A DNA stretch of 64,000 nucleotides from Octopus vulgaris (lineage: Eukaryota). Of the stretch, positions 57,351 to 64,000 are shown piece by piece. The stretch is taken from NCBI GenBank assembly GCA_951406725.2, contig OX597815.1, positions 13,764,001 to 13,828,000 of the forward strand, in the 5' to 3' direction. Made by a program: the position numbers and the translations under genes. Positions within the stretch are counted from its first letter, which is position 1; the number at the start of each line of letters is the position of its first letter. The notes beneath the pieces were generated by a model. That model did no database searches, was not told where the DNA came from, and saw nothing but the letters and a program-made list of their open reading frames with translations.

Positions 57351-58033
57351 ATGGATTGTCAAGTTAAGTAAAACGAGCATTTTCGACACCTCTATCCTTT
57401 TGCTTTTAATCAAGGTTCTAAGGCCGCAAAAGCTACTCGCAACATGTGTTCTGTGTATGGAGATGGGGCCATAGCTGAAGGAACCGCTCTTGTTTGGTAT
57501 GCCAAGTTCAAAAATGGAAATTTTGACCTTAAAGACGCACCTAGTTCTGGCCATCCAGCTGAGTTCGATGAAGAGTTATTAAACCAACATTTGCAGGAAA
57601 ATTCTCGTCAAACGATAAGGGAACTGGTAGAGAAAATGGAATGCTCCTACACTGCTAGAGAGAAGCATCTTCACTCGATGAGAAAGGTTCAGAAGTATGG
57701 AGCACGTGTTCTGCATGCTTTAAGGACAACAACAAAAATCAACGAGTCACAATTTCCGCTGGTTTGCTTGCTTGTCACCACTCAGCTCATATACACAAGC
57801 GACGATTTCTTTACCGAATCGGTACTGGTGACGAAAAATGGTGCCTGTACATCAATATGAAGCAGCATAAGGAATGACTTAGCCCTGGTAAACAAGCGAT
57901 ACCGCACGTGAAACAAGATCTTCTTCCGCGAAAAACGATGTTGTGCGTATGGTGGGACTGGGAAGGGATTATCCATTACGAATTGCTTGAACGGAACCAA
58001 ACGGTCAACGCGGAACTCTGTGTTCAAGAGATG
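57351..58033 (+). pseudogene. Mariner (Tc1/mariner DD34D) transposase pseudogene, 3'-truncated
   Basis: HTH region VYGDGAIAEGTALVWYAKFKNGNFDLKDAPSSGHP, then after a frameshift TGDEKW and KTMLCVWWDWEGIIHYELL; stops present, ends before the second catalytic Asp. Confidence 0.92.
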
Positions 58034-58429
58034 TAACATAGTAGTTATAAAGAGAAGGTACGTTTGTGTGGTGATGTTAGATTTATTTTGATATGTTAGT
58101 ATGCAGATGCCAAGAGGGGTATTATGTTTCGTTAGTTTAACTTTAGTCTGAGCAGGCGTCCCCTCTATGAATTCAGATGTAGAAGGGTAAACAAGTACAT
58201 CTATTTAGCTGTTCCAGTTCATCGTCACAGTTTACAAATACTACTCTCTGTAAATATCCTTTTAATTATATTTGGTGGTGTAATGGTATAACATAAAGCA
58301 TATGAACATAATGGTTATTTTGTTTAGTTGTTAATATGCTATCCTTTTGTTCCATTAGATGCTAAATGCGATTAGTGATTTTCTGTTTCAAAATGTTGCT
58401 TTTTTAATTCTAGGAATTATGCTTCGCGT

Positions 58430-59630
58430 TTTTACTTACATGATATAATTCCTTCGGACTGTCTATTAATGATGTTTTCTCTGGTTGCGATGATCTGATC
58501 TCCAGGGTTTTCTCTAGGCATAAATTGCACTCCCACGATATTACATGGTCGCACCATCAAACGGCGAAGATCGTTAATGTGTGCAATCGCAACGTAAAGA
58601 AATCTATGGCGTCGTGAAAGAATGCCGGGAAGACTGGAACATCTAATGGTATTTTCCTGTGCTGTTATTCAGCTGCAATCGCCCTGTTTATCTCACATAT
58701 CATGGGACACTCACCTTGTGCTTGAAGACATTCTCCCCTATCCCACTCTGTCGGCTCCACTCTATGCATAAACCCTTCAGTGATGCATTTAGTGTGACTT
58801 TTTCTTGCATATACTGTCGCCTCTGGAGTATTTACCATTTCCAATTCCACCGTTGATCAGTGTTTTGGGGAACTATTTGCCTGTCTTGCAAATTACGTGA
58901 GCTCCCATCACAGCTGTAATTGCATCATGAACGGGAAGCGTATCTTTGTGTCAGTAATCTCTCCCGCCGCTTGTCCTACGAGGTTTTCTGATGTGAGTAG
59001 TAATAACGTGATTGATCTTCCTTGCAGACCATGCTTGACAGAAATTAAAATGGTTGGTGAAATCTGCCGTTCTATACGCTTTACCATTTGTCTACAAAGT
59101 GATGCGATTCCAGTTCCATACATTTTTGTAGCGTTCTGCTGAATGTATCACAGGCCTAGCATTCTGTCATTGACTTCGGCTTTATTTCCAGATACGTCAA
59201 CCTCTCCTCCGCATTCAATAGTATGACCAAGGATGAAGAATTTTAGTTTATCGTATGTCTTTACGTGAGATGGCTGATGCCTTAATTCGGTCATCGCTGT
59301 ACTCATCGCTATTCCATACTGTTAGAGATGATAAATTATAACTAAATATTGCTGTGCATGTCATTTTTTGAGAGAGCATTGAGGATAAAGTCATCTGCAA
59401 ACAAAAGGCCTGTCATACTGATTCTTCGAAGCTAGGTTTCAAGGTGTTTTTAATGGTGTCTGTCAGCCTGGTTAATACCTCGAGACTAAACAATGCCGAA
59501 GAATAAATAAACTCTTTCTCCTTCGTCACAAAGTTGGAGACAAAACGGTTTTGACGTTTCGTCTTCATCTTCAATCCTGGCATGTATGACATTGTGTAGC
59601 TGTCGTACGTTGGACATGGAATGTTTAGTG
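58430..59630 (-). mobile_element. Decayed RTE-like LINE reverse transcriptase
   Basis: GLLFADD catalytic motif at 59390-59410 on the minus strand; downstream frames broken. Confidence 0.6.
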
Positions 59631-59729
59631 TGTTTCTATGTTGCCGTGATTCTGCAAAGGATTATTTTAATCATCACACAAACACAAACCCATACACACA
59701 CGCACACAAACACTCATACAAACGCGCTG

Positions 59730-59760
<31 letters not shown>

Positions 59761-59837
59761 CACATATGTACATATATGTACATATATATATACATATATA
59801 GATGTACATATATATACATATATATGTACATATATAC

Positions 59838-59874
<37 letters not shown>

Positions 59875-59882
<8 letters not shown>

Positions 59883-60121
59883 GAAGTAAATATATGGCAC
59901 AACGAAGTACCGATATTTACTGGAAAATATGGAACGTAATAAATACGACGCTAATGTATAGCTTCCCCGGTGAAGCTATACTTTAGCGTCGTATTTATTA
60001 CGTTCGCTATTTTCCAGTAAATATCGGTACTTCGTTGTGCCATATATTTACTTCTATGTATAATTTTCCCTCACGGGCTATTCTTTACTGGAAAGCAATA
60101 CTCTCGTATTGCATTACTATT
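59875..60121 (+). mobile_element. PLE fold-back cassette, ~90-bp arms, between (TA)n
   Basis: 59875-59965 pairs with 59972-60062; the loop overlaps a decayed HHR core CCGGTGA a gcta tactt tagc; tail to 60121. Confidence 0.8.
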
Positions 60122-60133
60122 TATATATATATA

Positions 60134-60966
60134 CTTGAAAAGGTAGTGGGTAGCGAATTTCTTCACTACTGCAGGGAGTGACGACTCTGCCTGACACGAG
60201 TTCCGGGCTCAGCTGGCTCCGGCTGACAGTACCCGGTATGGGCCCCTATCCAGGGTTACGGAAAGGAGACAACCTTCAAAGAAATCCGGAGTGGAGCCCC
60301 GAAGGCGGTCTAGTGTTCGACTCGACACTCTTCCGGCAGCTCCTGCAACCAAGCTGGTGCCAAACGTAATGCACTGCACTCCACTGGACTACATCAGCAA
60401 GGTCGAGAGAGGGAACCTGACGATTGGGCTACCCAGGACTTTCTTACCTATAGCCCAGGCCTGCGCAAAACTGGAGAGGACACTTCAGTGCTACTGTAAA
60501 AAGCTGCAGAAACAACACGGGAGGTAACAGTCACGAGTGAAAAGTCCATTCAGAGTGGCGTAAAATATGGGCGCTACGGGTTACCTCTGACGGTGGGAGG
60601 GACTTCCGTGTCCTATTGGTTACCTACTGCCCACCTCAAGCTGGGCAGCTCCCAGTTAATAAGGTGCTGACCCGCCACAAGCCACCTGCTCCATTGGGTG
60701 CTTGGAGCTAAGAGTACGACTCGAAAAGCGGCCTGCAACCTCTGCACCAGGCAAGCAACTAAAAGTCAAGAAAACACCAGTTCTGCGGTTGGCAAGCTGG
60801 AATGTCAGGAACAGTCTTCGCTACATTTGCGGTACCTGCCAGAGGAAGTGTTTGTCCAGGATAGGACTACACAGCCACAGCAGGAAATGTATCAGGACAT
60901 GAAATATAAAAGCCAGACTAGACTACTTCATGCGCAACTCCATTGTCTCCCGAGACAGAAAGGATG

Positions 60967-60970
<4 letters not shown>
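60134..60970 (+). mobile_element. Internally deleted RTE LINE (5' UTR and ORF start fused to the 3' end)
   Basis: APE N-terminus KKTPVLRLASWNVR joined at 60806-60810 to sequence matching the 3' end of the RTE at 27036-27208; ends GGATGCCAA(TA)n. Confidence 0.85.
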
Positions 60971-61031
<61 letters not shown>

Positions 61032-61055
61032 GTTTATTATATATACATTATTATA

Positions 61056-61452
61056 TATTAAAATAGAAATAGAAATACAATTTTAATTTTCTATTATAGC
61101 GACATTCATTATACTGCAACTCACAAAGATTTAATGTTGCAATCCCAAAATTTATAAATATATTCTCAGAATATTTAATATAATATTGTTCCTACCCTTT
61201 TGTTATTGCGTATTATATACACCATAAACGATTGTCGGTCCTCTTCATCATAGCACTATAAATTACATATATATATATATTTATGGTGTATATAATACGC
61301 AATGACAAAAGGGTAGGAACAATATTATATTCAACATTCTGAGAAAATATTTATAAATTTGGGGATTGTAGCATTAAATCTTTGTGAGCTGCAGTATAAT
61401 GAATGTCGCTATAATAGAAAATTAAAATTGTATTTCTGCTTATATTTTAATA
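61056..61452. mobile_element. Fold-back cassette, ~158-bp arms
   Basis: 61071-61228 pairs with 61280-61437; spacer holds a decayed HHR-like TGATGAAGAGGACCGACAATCG (minus strand) and a short (TA)n. Confidence 0.8.
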
Positions 61453-61630
61453 CATTATAAGACTTCACATTTTTAATAAGTGCAGATTAAGTTATACATT
61501 TTAATTCGGAATAATATTTATGAAACGTCCTATCGGTAGTATTCATTAAAAACGCATGCGAACAGTTGGTGGTCTCTGATGTTTATACGCGGTGGATTTC
61601 GAAGTCCGGTTGTAGTATGTTCTTGTAAAT

Positions 61631-61866
61631 GAAGGCGGCGAGCTGGCTGAAGCGTTAGCACGCCAGGTGAAATGCGTAGCCCTATTTCGTTGGCCGTTAC
61701 GTTCTGAGTTCAAATTCCGCCGAGATCGACTTTGCCTTTCATCCTTTCGAGGTCGATAAATTAAGTACCAGTTACGCAATGGGGTCGATGTAATCGATTT
61801 AATTCATTTGACTGCCCTTGTTTGTTCCCTCTATGTTTAGCCCCCTGTGGGCAATAAAGAAACAAA
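61631..61866 (+). mobile_element. SINE family A
   Basis: Full length; TSD TTCTTGTAAAT. Confidence 0.9.
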
Positions 61867-64000
61867 TATTTTCTTGTAAATATATGTTTTTTTTTGTGTT
61901 TATATGCACTTACAAACACACACATACAGAAAAGCACACATACTCACACAGACAAGTGCACACACGCAGACAAACAAATACAAGTATAGCTGTATGCATG
62001 TATGTATATGAATATATATATATGCGTATAAAAACAATTCCACGATATCTTTATTGCCATATATATGTCATTGATAGGGCCATAATGTAGGACTTTTATT
62101 AAGATCTTACCGAATATGATTTAGCTGTCAATAAATAACTAAAGTTATACGACTATTGTTGCAACGCCGTCATTGGTTTCACAATTTTAAATAGTGAATA
62201 ATCTACATAAAACTACTTAAATGAAATGCAATTTATAATGCATGATATTCTATTAAAGGCTTCCGAGAAATGTTTTCAGTATATAATGAAATGGAAATGG
62301 ATACAAATTACATAAGAAAGTAAAAACAAATTCAAGATATACAAACTATTTAAATATTTTTATGTTATTTTCGTTTGTGTGTATCGCAACATTTTCGACT
62401 TAATGAATGCTTTCAAAGAATCCGTATGAAGCAATACGAAATAGAAAATGTGAAATCTGCTGTATTTTTAAATGACGAATGGTGAGAGATATAATTTCAA
62501 CCTGTTCAATTATATCAAATATTTTTTTAATGTTCATGCAAATTCAATTAATACCGATGTTAATTAAGAATTTCAATACTTAAAAGGATGTGATAATTTC
62601 ATATCAGCGAAAATGGATTACAAATAATTTGGATAAGTAAGTATTTTAAACACGATAATGTTTAACAAAATTGTGGAGTCATAATTTCAATTAATGACTT
62701 CCATACATACGAATACTAGGATAAATAAATAGAAAGATGCAGACGATTATATAAAACAGTGCAACGTACACTACTGTATTATCTGTAATATTTATATGTC
62801 TATTATATAAGTTAATGTATCAAGCTACAAGCATGATACTATATAACAACAACTTGAAAATAAGTGAATGCGAATTATATATATATACATAATGTCTGGT
62901 GACTTTATGCGATATTCAGGTTGTGTCTGCACAGCATATACGAATTATGGAATATTCGGATAAAAGGTGAACAGTTAGCAGAAGATAAAGCACATCGGAA
63001 AACAAAACGAAAAGAAAAAAGAAAAAAATAGGGGGGGGATTAGAGTTACGTGCCCTTTGTCCTTAAAACCATAATAAGGTTTGAACGCATAACTATCTAT
63101 ATTAGTGTCATTTCATTCGGAGAAATAGTTATCTTACCAATTGCCGACAGGAATTTATCCATATATTTCCATCCCCTGAAAATTTCAGATCTGAAATTAA
63201 GCAGTGCAGTGGAGTTCTTAGATCTGAAAAGAATCTGCGATTTTCAGCTACGCACAGCTTGCATTTTTTCATCCATTAAGATGTCATAGATTTTTGAGCT
63301 ATTTTCTACTGGATTGTAAGTGGTTTGGTGTTAAAATTCAAGCCACATACGTGGATAGCAAATTTAGTGGCTTTCTTTTGACACTATGCGGGAATGAAGA
63401 TATGTGGGAGAGCAAATCGTCTTTTGAAGTCGCCTCAACTGATAAAGTAAAGTAAAGTATATATATATACATAGAGAGAGAGAGAGAGAAATCTGCAGTG
63501 GTTGTTGAGTTTATATTTGGTAATGGAAACGGAAGATGGATTTACTACGGATAGTTATTCAGCACGACAGTCGTTTCAACCTATACTGCATCTATCCCAT
63601 AGGATGTTGTGCATGTGGTTACGTTGCCTCATTCAATGCAAGTGGTGTCACTTCAGGTGCTTGGTGGAGAAAAATATTTCACTAGATATACTGAGATATC
63701 TTTGGCATGTTTCTGGTTAGTTGTACATTGGCAGACTAACAGCGCGTTACCAGCCAGCATACGTTCAATGTGCATTATGGATAATTGGCAGCAAATAGTC
63801 TAATACACTGCACCTACTTTCTGAAATTAAATCTACACCATTTATGTGCACTTGCATACAGGTTATTCATTTCAAAGTGGTTAATGAAAAGCTATTGTGT
63901 GCCTATAAATTCAGTAGTAGGAACATTAATAATACGTATACAGCATTGATTATACACTAAAAATGAATCGGATCAAGGCTTTCCATTTCAAGGTTTTCAT

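Noticed and set aside
57351-58033. SETMAR-like domesticated gene
   Set aside because: Stops, a frameshift, truncation and no SET domain.
63600-63803. Gypsy RT remnant (VLGGEKYFT...FW)
   Set aside because: Resemblance too weak, with no second motif to support it.

Overview
AT-rich, microsatellite-dense eukaryotic DNA. The SINE repertoire and (TA)n density are typical of an octopus/coleoid cephalopod genome (inference). I found no supportable host protein-coding exon, and nearly all supplied ORFs are translations of simple repeats. The window is a mosaic of transposon remnants: Penelope-like elements (PLE; GIY-YIG and RT relics), Tx1/L1, RTE and R4/Dong-like LINE pieces, several tRNA-derived SINE families, two non-autonomous Helitrons, a Helentron-type element, a mariner pseudogene and MITE, and a non-autonomous LTR element (tRNA-Trp PBS, 4-bp TSD). 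Three things stand out. (1) About ten fold-back cassettes, mostly inside or beside (TA)n arrays, whose inversion points usually lie next to minimal hammerhead-ribozyme (HHR) motifs of the PLE type. (2) An LTR element whose two LTRs are identical over one 146-bp block but clearly divergent on both sides of it. (3) A dominant SINE whose 3' tail matches the 3' end of a Tx1/L1-clade LINE in the same window. Coordinates and alignments were read by eye and may be off by a few bases.
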